Shown here: one piece after another, positions 37,501 to 47,423 of the stretch
Position numbering within the stretch: position 1 is the first letter of the stretch
How the letters are laid out: the number at the start of each line of letters is the position of its first letter
NCBI GenBank assembly: GCA_937873715.1
Contig: CALMYJ010000004.1
Span: 12,722-76,721 of the forward strand
DNA length: 64,000 nt
Direction: 5' to 3'
Source: an uncultured Chitinophagaceae bacterium
GTDB lineage: Bacteria; Bacteroidota; Bacteroidia; Chitinophagales; Chitinophagaceae
Notes under the pieces: generated by a model
The model's database searches: none
What the model was told of the DNA's origin: nothing
Seen by the model: only the letters and a program-made list of their open reading frames with translations
Made by a program: the position numbers and the translations under genes

Positions 37501-38733
37501 TTTAAGCTTACCTTCTCTTGTAGGGAAGCTATAATCCCATTCCATATTTACCTCTATCTTATTCTTTACCGTCCAAAAAGCAATACCGGCATCCGTAGCA
37601 ATCAACATCCGGCCTTTGGCTTTGTCGTAAGCAAGCCCGGTGATATTATTGGAGGGTAGTCCGTCAGCAGTAGTTAACCGGGTATAATGCGAAGAGTCGG
37701 TTACTTCACCACCACCATCAAATACTACCAGGCCGGTACTGGTGCCGATGTAAATATTACCCCTGTCGTCTTCGGTAATCGCATTATTGTTGATTTGTGT
37801 ACCTAACGGGAAAGCATCGGGCATATTCACTTTATGCCATACACTTTTGTCCAGCACCCTCATACCGTCAAACTGCAGGCCTACCCATTTCCTGCCTTCG
37901 CTATCAAAAAATATTGCCTGCGCCCTGAAGCCCTGTGTAAATATGTTACCGCCAACATTGGTATAATTATAACTGCCCAGGAAGGCTTCATCCAAATTGT
38001 TTTTTGTGGGGTTGTACCGCAGTATTTGCGACATGCCGAAGTTTAACCGTACTGATACCCACACTTCTTCGTGGTTACCATGTACTGCATCGCAACTGGG
38101 GGTGCCCTGGTTAAAAGGGCTGATCACATAAGGAAATACCTGTAGCCCAAATGTTCGTTTTGAAAAATAAAGTGGGTTGGCATTCAGCCCAATGTTGATG
38201 CCACCGGCGGTTGTACTGCCCGATGTTATATAGGTATTCATTACCCCCCACACCCGGGGTAGTGGGCTGCCAACTGTTGCCGCAGTGGTATCTACATAAA
38301 TAGAACGTACGTTACGGGATACAAGCCCACCGTTGGTGGTGGTGCCCGGCACGCTGTAAAACTGCATAAAAGCATCATACTGGTCGGGGAAATAGTTAAT
38401 ACCACCGGCATTATTGGATGCGTTGCCTACAAGGCCACTGGTGCCCGATTGGGCAATCCATATACCGCCATTGCGGTCTCTTTTAATATCATTGATAAAT
38501 ACATTGGTAAGATGGATGGACTTTATCCATACTTTATATGAAGTATCGTATTTGTATAAACCCTGGTATTGTGTACCTGCAAAAATCACACTATCGCCAA
38601 TGGCTATACACTTAAAATTGTTGCCGGTAAAAGCCGGGGTATTTGCTGTGTTGAAAATGGTGAACTCATTCGTCTGGGCTTTTGCCAGGCAGCAACAACA
38701 AAAAAATAAAATGGAGATGCTTGCTTTCTTCAT
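34576..38733 (-). CDS. Large secreted protein: beta-propeller + alpha/beta hydrolase (lipase-like) + beta-rich C-terminus
   Basis: Signal peptide MKKASISILFFCCCCLAKAQ; propeller repeats (G.IWI, GLPSNNI); VHGLASG, DYVCHSMGG, SDLIVP, SH. Start may be 38733 or 38739. Confidence 0.8.
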   Translation of the reverse strand: MKKASISILFFCCCCLAKAQTNEFTIFNTANTPAFTGNNFKCIAIGDSVIFAGTQYQGLYKYDTSYKVWIKSIHLTNVFINDIKRDRNGGIWIAQSGTSGLVGNASNNAGGINYFPDQYDAFMQFYSVPGTTTNGGLVSRNVRSIYVDTTAATVGSPLPRVWGVMNTYITSGSTTAGGINIGLNANPLYFSKRTFGLQVFPYVISPFNQGTPSCDAVHGNHEEVWVSVRLNFGMSQILRYNPTKNNLDEAFLGSYNYTNVGGNIFTQGFRAQAIFFDSEGRKWVGLQFDGMRVLDKSVWHKVNMPDAFPLGTQINNNAITEDDRGNIYIGTSTGLVVFDGGGEVTDSSHYTRLTTADGLPSNNITGLAYDKAKGRMLIATDAGIAFWTVKNKIEVNMEWDYSFPTREGKLKGVAADGVSRMYLVIKNGDTTLPDITSVNISLHEYTAADSSIRGRLKVATVLDKYSEEASTGTATDITINTAAKPKEFWAWYVAPNDFSMDANGPDADKSVRTEKIRIIVSYANNSKDTLVYDKLKIVRPPLLMVHGLASGPPTWYDFRHNDSIYFKNSPRFKYAHMLTMNGRAAFIKNAKLLMAGDALAADPNKDTAQDRTNTLQGNLEQMRGMGYAANQVDYVCHSMGGIMIRHAIDRMAYKFYAGEGSGRRYFNYNRGFTHKIVFVNTPHNSSILGDGVDEFIPQAPEWLNAIMRTGYLVDRMRQIPYDFIQPTNPNNLLTTTFKASDAVNNLQVSDARGGINLAETKAKFHMITGNVNLLSVQTTTMLAEMDPVIEYCNNIIKCMLNSRLVPLTIKKAVLEPMLAVGNVTRMLTFFEWYSRNLGYPDYLAESDLIVPLASEHARIPLPGAKPYITMFNNSPGSAFDASHVTILKRPDVGQRVMDLLNSKVYGPLFGDVIPANNDPEPNPVLQARPMLALPKTTETILNTDSIYYDSTRIKIDFPAKGIEVFADSTVAVKFRVKNTTDLAYVNLVFQYTDTFSLSKTTAQQTMPVKIRPELGGRQTLWAVAAYYRPDNGMKYYIDTFNLLVKNNAPLQGFRVNSDRPLTIYGGEYYFPPYQLQYNSKWVNHPAADTAVAVSFNPPGIITRIDSIGGFTVLNEGDAVGIFTYNGFSDTLLIKTIMPLDSFCINKTIAAGSFKNPAIWSKGVVPGLCDSIVVQHAVNADTSIIIKAARINPGATLTLNNASINLQIGETGEGTAMLENAGTLTIQSGTISVKGRVLHKSGSTFNMSGGNLKIDGNAGVQDISVSNGLSLFEASPGMLGFNFTGGILELADPPFGDASQAINCAYNFGDNSTLVLGVNTSATPGKNPDGFGGSNFPAKIGKLIINAGTRNGNRHFINKKTLTVKGSVEVGTGSGLILQAPLQVNK

Positions 38734-38858
38734 TTGCATTTTGGTTGGTATAAAATACTTTTTTTGGGGAAGTTTACAACGGATTGGATAACTGCATAGT
38801 AAAGTTGCAGTATACCACCGTATACTGCAATACTTAATTTGATGTAGGAAAAGGGGGG

Positions 38859-41800
38859 TTAACGCACTAATACAACATTGCCTTTCATTTCTACAATCCT
38901 GCCACTGCTGGTTTTGCCTCTTAGCCACCATACATAGTTACCGGTAGCCTGCGGCTTGTTCCTGAATGTGCCGTCCCAGCCTTTGTTAAGTTGGTTGGTT
39001 TCAAATACAATTTCGCCATACCGGTTGGCAATACGGAACCATTCCAACACGGGTATACCCGAAGCAACAGGCCGGAAAACATCGTTCAGTCCATCGCCAT
39101 TTGGTGAGAATGCATTGGGTACATAAAACCTAATATCGGCAAATGTTTTTATAATAACGGTATCATAGCCAATGCAACCCACTGCATCCTTTACCTCCAC
39201 GCTAAATTGTGCATCACCGGAAAGTATCGCTTTCGGGTTGGCAATATTTGGATTGTCGAGCAGGCCGGGAGGCGACCATGAATAAAATACACCACCCGAT
39301 GCCTGCAATTGTTGCGGCACACCAATCACGGCAATAGTGTCGTTGCCGGCAAAAGCCGGTACTGGTGGTTGTACGGTTACCAGTACGGTATCTTTTATCG
39401 TATAATTACAACCATAGCCATCCGTAACCGTTAGTATATATTGCTGGGTGCTTTGAGGTTTTACAATAGTAGTGGCGGTAGCAGGGCTTACTATGCCACC
39501 TGCCGTTACGGGTTCCCAGGCGTAGGTTACCGGTGCGGTTGTATTGCTTACGGTAGCTTGCAACAGGGTTTCGCCTTGCTGGCAAATAGCAATATCATTT
39601 CCGGCATTTACAGTTGGCAGGGCATAATATTGCACCTGTACCGTACTGGTATTACTGCAGCCTGTAGCGGTGGTACCTTTTATGTACCAAAGCCCCTCGT
39701 TAACAGCGGCTGGGTTATTTACAGCAATTGTAGCTGCTGCATCTGCCCAGTAGCTAAATATAAGGCCGGGTGTGGAGCCGGCTGTAATTGCACTGGCGGT
39801 TAAATCAACGGTTTGTGGTGCACATATTAATGGCGGATTATTGACAACAACAACGGGAAGGCTGTTAACCACAAGGGTTACCTGTACTTGTGCGCTGCAG
39901 CCTGCGGTAGTAGTGCTGTTGAGCATATAAGTGCCCGAAGTGTTTACTGCTGCCGGATTGTTTACAGTAGTATTATTCAGTTGCCAAACATTGGTATTGC
40001 CGTTGATATTATAAAGCGTTGACAGGTTAAATGTGCTCCCCTCGCAAATAGTAATAGTGGTGTCGCTGCCGAGCTGTGGGCCAGGTGTAACCTGTATGGT
40101 TGCAAAAGCTGTATCTGTACATCCGGAGAGATTAGTTACAACAATGCTATAGGTGCCTGCTGCAGTTACAGCCGATGGTGTAAGTACAGTATTGTTGCCC
40201 AATGTCCATAGGGCAGTTTCATTGCTTTGAAGGTTGTACAGGGTAGTAAGATTAAAAATAGTGCCACTGCAAATTGCCACAAGGGTATCCCTGCCCAGTA
40301 CCGGCTTTGGTAAAATAGTAAATACTGCCAGGGCTGTATCACTGCAGCCATTGTTGTTAATAGCAGTCAACAGGTAGCTGCCACTGCTGTTTACTGTAGC
40401 CGGGTTGGCTACTGTATTTCCATTAAGGCTCCACGATGAATTTAAGCCTGTGGTATTATACAGGGTATTTAAATTGATTGTGGTGCCGGAGCAGCGGCTA
40501 ATTGCAGTATCATTACCTAATGCCGGCTTGCTGTTAAAACTAACTGTTGCAAAAGCCGTGTCGCTGCAGCCATCATTGTTGCTGGCAATAAGCGTATAAC
40601 TGCCGGATGATACAATGACCGATGGATTAATTACTGCATTGTTGTTCAGGTACCAGGATGCTGAAAGTCCGGACGTGTTGTACAGTGCAGAAAGTGCTAC
40701 AGCATCTCCAATACATTTAGTAAGGCTTGTATCGTTGCCCAGCAAAGGTTTGCTGTAAACAGTTAATGTTACAACGGCTGTATCGCTACAGCCATTTGCT
40801 GATGCAACAAGCTGGTAAATGCCAGTTGTATTTACCGCAGCCGGATTTACTACAGGGATATTATTACTGCTCCAGGCAGTAGTAAAGCCGGTTGAATGAT
40901 AAAGTGTATTCAAATTAACGGCGGCATCGCTACAAGTACTGATACTGGTATCATTGCCCAGTTCGGGCTTAGGGTTTACCGTTAGCAGGGCTTCGGCAGT
41001 ATCACTACAACCCTGGTTGCTGGTGAGCACCAGTTTGTAAATGCCCGATTGTGTTACTGCTTCGGGGCTGCCTACAGGGCTGCCATTAAATTCCCATTGT
41101 GCCGTATAGCCGGAAGTGTTGTACAATGTTGCCAGGTTGAAGGCCAGGTTGCTGCATACGGTAATGCTGGTATCTTTTCCGGCGGCAGGTTTATTGTTGA
41201 TCACCAGGTTTACTATTTGTACCAGGCTGTCGCAACCGGTGCCGGCACGTATTGTATCGGTATAGCTGCCGGCTGCAGTAACAGTGATACCCCAGGGCAG
41301 CAACAGGCTTTGGCCTTCACAAATGGCGGTATCCAGTACCGTTGTTGCCGGTTGCGGATATACGCCAATGTTTACAGAGTCCCTGGTGCTGCAGGTGCCA
41401 TAATTTACCTGTACCCAGTACAATCCAGAGGTGGTAGCGTTGAATATGGGATTATTTGAACCATCCTGCCACAGGTAGGAGAGCGCCCCCGTACTGGTAG
41501 CATTCAGCACATAGGCATTTTGTGCCAGGCATACTGTAGTATCCCGGCCTAAGTTAGGCCGGGGTAAAATATTTACGGTTAGTTTTTTTACCAGGCTGTC
41601 GCAACCAGCAGCATATTTAATAGTATCAGCATACACACCGGCCTCAGTAACTATTTTTCCGGAAGGCAGCAGGATTATTTGCCCGGCACAAATACTGGTG
41701 TCCCTGGTTTCTTCTAACGGGGCAGGATAGCCCGAAATACTTACGGTGTCGTTAATTGTGCAGCTTCCAAAATTAATTTTTACACTATATTCTCCCGGTA

Positions 41801-44800
41801 ACGTTACTTTCAATGTATCTGCAGTGCTGCCGTCCTGCCACAGGTAAGATTGAGCGCCGGTAATAGTGGCTTTCAAAATATGTCCATTGCCCGATACGCA
41901 TACGGTGGTATCGTTACCAAGGGGCCGGGCATTGTTTACATTTTGTACAATAAAACTATCCCTGTATATACAACCAAAATAATTCAGATCGGCCCAAAAG
42001 ATACCCGGCGTGGGTGTAGTGATGTAGTAAGCAGTGCTGCCGTTGTTCCAGGTGTAGGTTTCGCCCTGGCCACGATAGGCGTTAAGGGTAACATCGCCGC
42101 TGCACAACACCAGGTTTTGTGGTGCTTTGGGAGCAAGGTTGCTTAATACCACTTTTACGGTATCGGCACTGCTGCAGTTATTGTAATCAATCTTTACCCG
42201 GTATTCATGATTGCCGGCGGCAGTTACCGTGAAGCTGTCTGCAGTACTGCCATTCTGCCAAAGGTATGTGGCTCCGGGGTGAGAGGTAACTTTAAAAGTT
42301 ATTTGTTCGCCAGTACAGCGCAGCAAATCGGGGCCAAGATTTACATAGGGTCTGCCGGGTATGCTAATCGTTCTGCTTACAGAATCTTTTTTACCACAAT
42401 CTGTATTCTCTACTACAAGCTTCACCGTGTACACGGCATCGTTAGGTAATGCAGGGTAAAAGTAAGAGGGAGATACTGCTCCGGAAGTGGCACCATTGTG
42501 CCCAAAGTGCCAGGTGTATTTTATGGAGGTGCCGTAAGTGGAGTAATTCACAAATTTTACCGAATCATCTTTAGTGCAATCGAATAAAGAAAGAAAATTA
42601 GCCGAGGCAAGACAGTTGGGAATCGGGGCACAGGTGTCGGCATGTTTTACAGCCGAAAGTTTTAAATCGATAGTGCCAGTTACGGCCTGGTTAAATTTGG
42701 TGAGTGGCGTAAGTACTTGTACATAATAACTCTGCCCGGGTGCAAGGCACTGGTAGGTGTTTTGTGTAAGTGCATCCAGTACACAGCTTTGTTCCTGCAT
42801 GGCGCCACAGCCACCGGTCATCAGCCGGTATTTAATATCACCGGAGGCAGCATTGGTATTTTCTACCAGGTAAGTGGTAACATCCAGGGTATCGGTACCG
42901 CCAATATCCATACGAAACCAGCTTGATTTATAGTCGGTGGTTTTGGCATTTTCGGGGCAGGTAAGCGTAGGGCCAAATTCACCATAATCCGAGCCGATAG
43001 TGTGGCAGTTCACCAATACCGATACGGTGGCGGCCCCGGGGCCATCAATGGCGGCAGGTACAGCCCGGTTGCAAAAATCGCCGATGGCTTCTATAAGTTG
43101 TATTTCGGGGTATACCCATTCATTTACCTGTCCGCAACCAGTTACCATCAGGTAATATGTGCCTGGCGACACACAGTTCTCTGCCCAGTAGCTGTTGGTA
43201 ACATTATCGTATACGGTATAATAGCCCAGTATGGCAAGGCCATTGCTGGTAGAGTCGCCGGGAATCGTTTGCCGGAATAATTGAACATTGTAGTAATCGT
43301 ATTTATTTTGCCCGTTAATAAATACACGCCACCGCACATTGCCGGTAATAGTAGGGGTAAATTTGTACCAGAGTGTTTTGCGGCAGTCGTTACTATACCC
43401 GTAATAGTAAAAAGGGTCGGTAGCATCACGGGTAGCACAGGAGTAGTTGTCTTCCTCTCCGCTGTATTTACCCACACCAACGCTACCCATGTCATGGGCC
43501 TGGTAATAATGATCAAATTTTGGTTTGATTAAATTTACCGAATCTATCAGGATAGATACTTCTACCATTGTATTGGGCAGATTGCCCCCGGGCAGGTTGG
43601 GCTCCGAGTTAACATTTTCTACAAGGATATAATACCGGTTAGTAGTGGAGCTGCAAGGGTCCCGGTAAAATGATACTTCATTAGTGGTACTAAAACAATA
43701 ATATGGCCAGTACACAATCGGGTTTACCCCAATTAATTCTAATCCCTGTATTTTAGTTGAGTCAAGCTCGCCACTACTTACTACGGTGCCGAAAGGCAAA
43801 GTGCCATCCACATCACTTTTGTATACGGCAAACCTGGGCTGATAGCCTTTATTATCGCTCTTATTATTTACCTGCACCCTTACTGTACCGGGCTGGTCGG
43901 CCACAAAAGTATACCACAGGTTGCGCCGTGTTGCGCCATTTGATGGCGGATAAGCAGAATCGTACATCGGCTTATTAGCTCCTGTGTTATATACATTCGG
44001 ATTGATTTTGGTATTACAAACCGGGTCGGTTGGGTTGTTTTCGTCTGCCCCGGTAGTGCAGTAAAAAATATCGGCACTGGGTGCCCTGCCACTACTGAAG
44101 GGGTTTACATCACCCACTTTGCCATTGTGCCATGCCGAGTCGGGTGGTACTATTCCAAAGTCGTAAGCTTTGGCAGCAAAGTCAAAACGGGAGTAGCCAA
44201 TTTCCTCAGCATAAATAGAGGGGGTTACCGACTGGCAAATATTATTGTTGCCGGCAAAAATAACCAGCGTATATGTACCGGGCTGAAAGTAGCAGTATTG
44301 TATGTATCCGTTGGCGTTAGTGCAGGGTTGCAGTGGTTTAAGGCTGCTAAATAGTAGCGAATCGGTACGTACATCCTTATCGTACAAAGCAGCATGATAG
44401 CCCCCGGCGGCTATGTACAGGAAGCACTCTTTAGTAGTGGTAAATACATAATATACTACCCGGTTGGCCTCATTAAAACAGGCGTTTACCGGGTGCTTGC
44501 TAAATGGGGTATCTACAATGCAATTGAAATTTTCGGTAGGCAGCACATAGGTACTGTCGGTGCGTGGGTAGGCTGCAGTATGCCCGGCCCTGTTTACCGG
44601 TACCACCAGGTGGGGCTGGTTGCTGCTGTTAACCGAGGCTTTGTAAGGCCTGTTGTATTGCGGGCCTTTGCAGGTAGGCGTAATAGTGATGCGCCATTCG
44701 TCGTAATAACTTACAGCGCTGTTGTACCGGCCTTCCAGGTTGAGGCCACGCATGGTGCTATCGTAGCTGGGGCCGTGGTTGTATGATACTACGGTGTACC

Positions 44801-47240
44801 AGCCGGCCGGCAGTAATTCGCAACCGGCGGTTGTGCCGGCATTCCATTGAAAACAGTTCCAGTTGTTGCCAACTGGAGTCAGGCCATCTAATCCTTCGGT
44901 GGCTTTGCCATAAAAAAGTGTTTTGTAACCAAATGCCCTGTTGGCACAATACCAGTAATACACATATTCGATACGCACCAGTGCCGGTTCTTTTAAATAA
45001 AACTGCCGGTAAATGGCTTTGGTGGCGGGCCGGCCATTGATGCTGCAGGGCTGGTATCCATTAATGGGCACGGCATTATCTGTACAGTCCCATTGGTCGG
45101 CATCAGTTTGTATGGTGCCGCCATTTGGCCCAAGGGTATCCATGATACTGCCAAGATCCTGTGCGGTGAAGGGACTGCTATGTTTTGTTTTTACATAATT
45201 GAGTGTAAATGTTGGTTTATCCACCCGGCCCACATCGCCAACACTGCCCATAGTTGTAAAAGTGTAAGTACCGGGTACTACACAAAGGCTTTTGTTGGCA
45301 CAATTCATCCAGCCATCAAAACACTCTGTTTTTGGGTTAAGGTTGTTTATTTTATCGGGGTAGGAAAATACGTTTTGGGCACTGGCCAGAGCATTGGCAT
45401 CGCCGCTGTACACCCTGTATTTATAAGTGTTGTTCCATATTTGTGTAAGGTTCGAAAAATCCACAACACCGCTATCAGCAATGGCAAATTGCCGGTATAT
45501 CACCCGTTCATTATTTGGGTGGCAGGTGGTATCTGCTGCCATTAATGTAGGGCGGCAGCCAAAGGTATCAGAAACAGATGGGTGAGCAACACCAGGTTGT
45601 AAAGGTGCCATCAGGCTGCCCACCCTGTTGATGGTATCAAATGCGCCGGTGGCAGCTAAGGAATATTTGTTGGCAGCTTTACGGGAGTAAGCTGTCATAT
45701 CTAACACAAAGCTGGTACCAAGGTTGTTACTAAGGCACTGTTCATAATTATATAGCGGTACATTGGTGTTGTATGAACCAAACCATACAGGGCCATCCTG
45801 CCCCGAAACCTGCAGGGTATAATTGCCCGGTTCCATACAGTCTAATGTTGTAAATTGGTTGGTTGTTAAAATGATATTTGCGGTATCCAGTGCGGTACAA
45901 TCGTTTGTTACGCCTTGTTTAAACAGGCGTAATAATGGCCTTGGGCCACACTGGTTGGGGTAGGCATTAAAGCTTACTGCCGTAGCATCGGCAAGGGTAA
46001 ATGTAAAGAAGCTGCTGAGGTTATACCTGCCGCCGCCGTATAGAATACCACTATCGGGCATTGCGGGGCTGCAGGTATTGTTGTTGTGCCTGCTATTGCA
46101 TCCCCATACGTCGGTCAGGTAGGTACGGATGCCATCCGGCGAAGCGGCCAGGTTGCCAATAGTATTGGGTGCAGGTATGCTGCTTAGTGCAGGTTGCGGC
46201 GCATTGGTTTTCTTTTGGCCACCAACCATAATGCCTATACGAATATCATCTGTAAAGGTTTCCCTTATAAATACCTGGATGGTATAGGTAGTGCCACGCT
46301 CAAGCTCATCGCACCGGAATAATTTATAAGCAGCATAGTAGCCATCGGTTTCTACTGAATCGCAACCCAAAATGCTGGTAAGACTGCTAACCGGCGTGCT
46401 AACCACATTGCCTTTATATAGGTTAAGGCCAAAGATTCGCTTTGTAGCAGCGCCATTATTGGAAGGGAAATAACTTCCGTTGGCACTCGATAACTGCAAA
46501 AGGAGATAGTCGAAATAAAGCGGTGTTGTAAAAGTTAACCATGCCGTTTTGTTGTATAAGTATGGATTGGCAAAGGCGCTACAGATTTCAGAGGAGTCTT
46601 CTATCGACTGGCATTCGGTGTTGAAATCAATTTTTTGGGCATAATACCTTACTGTATCGAAGGCATAGGCCTGGTTGGGATGATCGTAAGCAGCGCCGGT
46701 TTGATCGCTAATTTCCAATTGTATCATCACCGGGCCGTTGGCCGCAAAATTAGAGGATACCTGTATGAGGTAATCGCCACTGGGTACGCAGGGGTGGTAA
46801 GTGTTACCAAAGGTTACAATTGGTGTGAGTTTATCACTTATATCGGCATTGCCGGGTACGCATTTGTTCGTTTTATATACGGTAAAGCCCACATCACCGG
46901 CCTTAATATCTATACCGGGCTGGGTTAGTGTAACCCTTACGGCCCTGATGGTGGGGATACTGAATTTGAACCAAACCGATTTTTTATCCAGCCCGGCCAC
47001 AAAAATAGCCGGGGCATAATTTTCGCCGGTTTCCACAGTGGCTTCAGTCATGTTGGCCTGTATGGAAGTAAAATTGCCAAGTCCAAAACCATTTTGCGGA
47101 ATAGGGATGATTGCAGCGTTGGAGCAGGCATCATTAGCCGGTGGTGCCGCCTGGCAAACTGTACATAAAGCTACAAATAGCAGCAGCATACAGTACCTGA
47201 ACAACCGGATTCGGGTATGAGAAGAAACTGGCATAAACAA
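38859..47240 (-). CDS. 2793-aa T9SS type-B cargo (gliding motility-associated CTD) adhesin-like protein
   Basis: Signal peptide; PKD (YTWHFGHNG); Ig-like repeats; C-terminus FYVPNAFSPNGDGLND...NRYG...GWDG...G.Y.W. Confidence 0.9.
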   Translation of the reverse strand: MFMPVSSHTRIRLFRYCMLLLFVALCTVCQAAPPANDACSNAAIIPIPQNGFGLGNFTSIQANMTEATVETGENYAPAIFVAGLDKKSVWFKFSIPTIRAVRVTLTQPGIDIKAGDVGFTVYKTNKCVPGNADISDKLTPIVTFGNTYHPCVPSGDYLIQVSSNFAANGPVMIQLEISDQTGAAYDHPNQAYAFDTVRYYAQKIDFNTECQSIEDSSEICSAFANPYLYNKTAWLTFTTPLYFDYLLLQLSSANGSYFPSNNGAATKRIFGLNLYKGNVVSTPVSSLTSILGCDSVETDGYYAAYKLFRCDELERGTTYTIQVFIRETFTDDIRIGIMVGGQKKTNAPQPALSSIPAPNTIGNLAASPDGIRTYLTDVWGCNSRHNNNTCSPAMPDSGILYGGGRYNLSSFFTFTLADATAVSFNAYPNQCGPRPLLRLFKQGVTNDCTALDTANIILTTNQFTTLDCMEPGNYTLQVSGQDGPVWFGSYNTNVPLYNYEQCLSNNLGTSFVLDMTAYSRKAANKYSLAATGAFDTINRVGSLMAPLQPGVAHPSVSDTFGCRPTLMAADTTCHPNNERVIYRQFAIADSGVVDFSNLTQIWNNTYKYRVYSGDANALASAQNVFSYPDKINNLNPKTECFDGWMNCANKSLCVVPGTYTFTTMGSVGDVGRVDKPTFTLNYVKTKHSSPFTAQDLGSIMDTLGPNGGTIQTDADQWDCTDNAVPINGYQPCSINGRPATKAIYRQFYLKEPALVRIEYVYYWYCANRAFGYKTLFYGKATEGLDGLTPVGNNWNCFQWNAGTTAGCELLPAGWYTVVSYNHGPSYDSTMRGLNLEGRYNSAVSYYDEWRITITPTCKGPQYNRPYKASVNSSNQPHLVVPVNRAGHTAAYPRTDSTYVLPTENFNCIVDTPFSKHPVNACFNEANRVVYYVFTTTKECFLYIAAGGYHAALYDKDVRTDSLLFSSLKPLQPCTNANGYIQYCYFQPGTYTLVIFAGNNNICQSVTPSIYAEEIGYSRFDFAAKAYDFGIVPPDSAWHNGKVGDVNPFSSGRAPSADIFYCTTGADENNPTDPVCNTKINPNVYNTGANKPMYDSAYPPSNGATRRNLWYTFVADQPGTVRVQVNNKSDNKGYQPRFAVYKSDVDGTLPFGTVVSSGELDSTKIQGLELIGVNPIVYWPYYCFSTTNEVSFYRDPCSSTTNRYYILVENVNSEPNLPGGNLPNTMVEVSILIDSVNLIKPKFDHYYQAHDMGSVGVGKYSGEEDNYSCATRDATDPFYYYGYSNDCRKTLWYKFTPTITGNVRWRVFINGQNKYDYYNVQLFRQTIPGDSTSNGLAILGYYTVYDNVTNSYWAENCVSPGTYYLMVTGCGQVNEWVYPEIQLIEAIGDFCNRAVPAAIDGPGAATVSVLVNCHTIGSDYGEFGPTLTCPENAKTTDYKSSWFRMDIGGTDTLDVTTYLVENTNAASGDIKYRLMTGGCGAMQEQSCVLDALTQNTYQCLAPGQSYYVQVLTPLTKFNQAVTGTIDLKLSAVKHADTCAPIPNCLASANFLSLFDCTKDDSVKFVNYSTYGTSIKYTWHFGHNGATSGAVSPSYFYPALPNDAVYTVKLVVENTDCGKKDSVSRTISIPGRPYVNLGPDLLRCTGEQITFKVTSHPGATYLWQNGSTADSFTVTAAGNHEYRVKIDYNNCSSADTVKVVLSNLAPKAPQNLVLCSGDVTLNAYRGQGETYTWNNGSTAYYITTPTPGIFWADLNYFGCIYRDSFIVQNVNNARPLGNDTTVCVSGNGHILKATITGAQSYLWQDGSTADTLKVTLPGEYSVKINFGSCTINDTVSISGYPAPLEETRDTSICAGQIILLPSGKIVTEAGVYADTIKYAAGCDSLVKKLTVNILPRPNLGRDTTVCLAQNAYVLNATSTGALSYLWQDGSNNPIFNATTSGLYWVQVNYGTCSTRDSVNIGVYPQPATTVLDTAICEGQSLLLPWGITVTAAGSYTDTIRAGTGCDSLVQIVNLVINNKPAAGKDTSITVCSNLAFNLATLYNTSGYTAQWEFNGSPVGSPEAVTQSGIYKLVLTSNQGCSDTAEALLTVNPKPELGNDTSISTCSDAAVNLNTLYHSTGFTTAWSSNNIPVVNPAAVNTTGIYQLVASANGCSDTAVVTLTVYSKPLLGNDTSLTKCIGDAVALSALYNTSGLSASWYLNNNAVINPSVIVSSGSYTLIASNNDGCSDTAFATVSFNSKPALGNDTAISRCSGTTINLNTLYNTTGLNSSWSLNGNTVANPATVNSSGSYLLTAINNNGCSDTALAVFTILPKPVLGRDTLVAICSGTIFNLTTLYNLQSNETALWTLGNNTVLTPSAVTAAGTYSIVVTNLSGCTDTAFATIQVTPGPQLGSDTTITICEGSTFNLSTLYNINGNTNVWQLNNTTVNNPAAVNTSGTYMLNSTTTAGCSAQVQVTLVVNSLPVVVVNNPPLICAPQTVDLTASAITAGSTPGLIFSYWADAAATIAVNNPAAVNEGLWYIKGTTATGCSNTSTVQVQYYALPTVNAGNDIAICQQGETLLQATVSNTTAPVTYAWEPVTAGGIVSPATATTIVKPQSTQQYILTVTDGYGCNYTIKDTVLVTVQPPVPAFAGNDTIAVIGVPQQLQASGGVFYSWSPPGLLDNPNIANPKAILSGDAQFSVEVKDAVGCIGYDTVIIKTFADIRFYVPNAFSPNGDGLNDVFRPVASGIPVLEWFRIANRYGEIVFETNQLNKGWDGTFRNKPQATGNYVWWLRGKTSSGRIVEMKGNVVLVR
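39861..41192 (-). repeat. Six tandem ~74-aa Cys-containing Ig-like repeats within the giant protein
   Basis: Consensus KP.LG.DT.I..C.....NL.TLYN..G....W......V.NP.AV..SG.Y.L......GCSDTA...TV; 1332 nt = 6 x 74 codons. Confidence 0.85.
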
Positions 47241-47423
47241 TTTTGAATATAAGCGGCTAACGATTTTTTAATCAAAAAAAGGGTTGGTAAAAGCAGTAGT
47301 TTCTCTCCGGAGGATAATGAATTGCAAACCTATACAATATAATAAAGTTTCCAAAAATTACTGGCCGGGTAAATACCAAATTTGTAGTAGCACGGTTGCA
47401 ATGGGGCAAATATTTGTAATCTT

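Noticed and set aside
38734-38931. N-terminal extension of the 1451-aa ORF overlapping the giant gene
   Set aside because: The signal peptide begins at MKKASI (38733). The upstream part overlaps the neighbouring stop and is not protein-like
39861-41192. CRISPR-like or DNA-level tandem repeat
   Set aside because: The periodicity is at the protein level (222-nt in-frame units with diverged codons); there are no identical repeats with spacers
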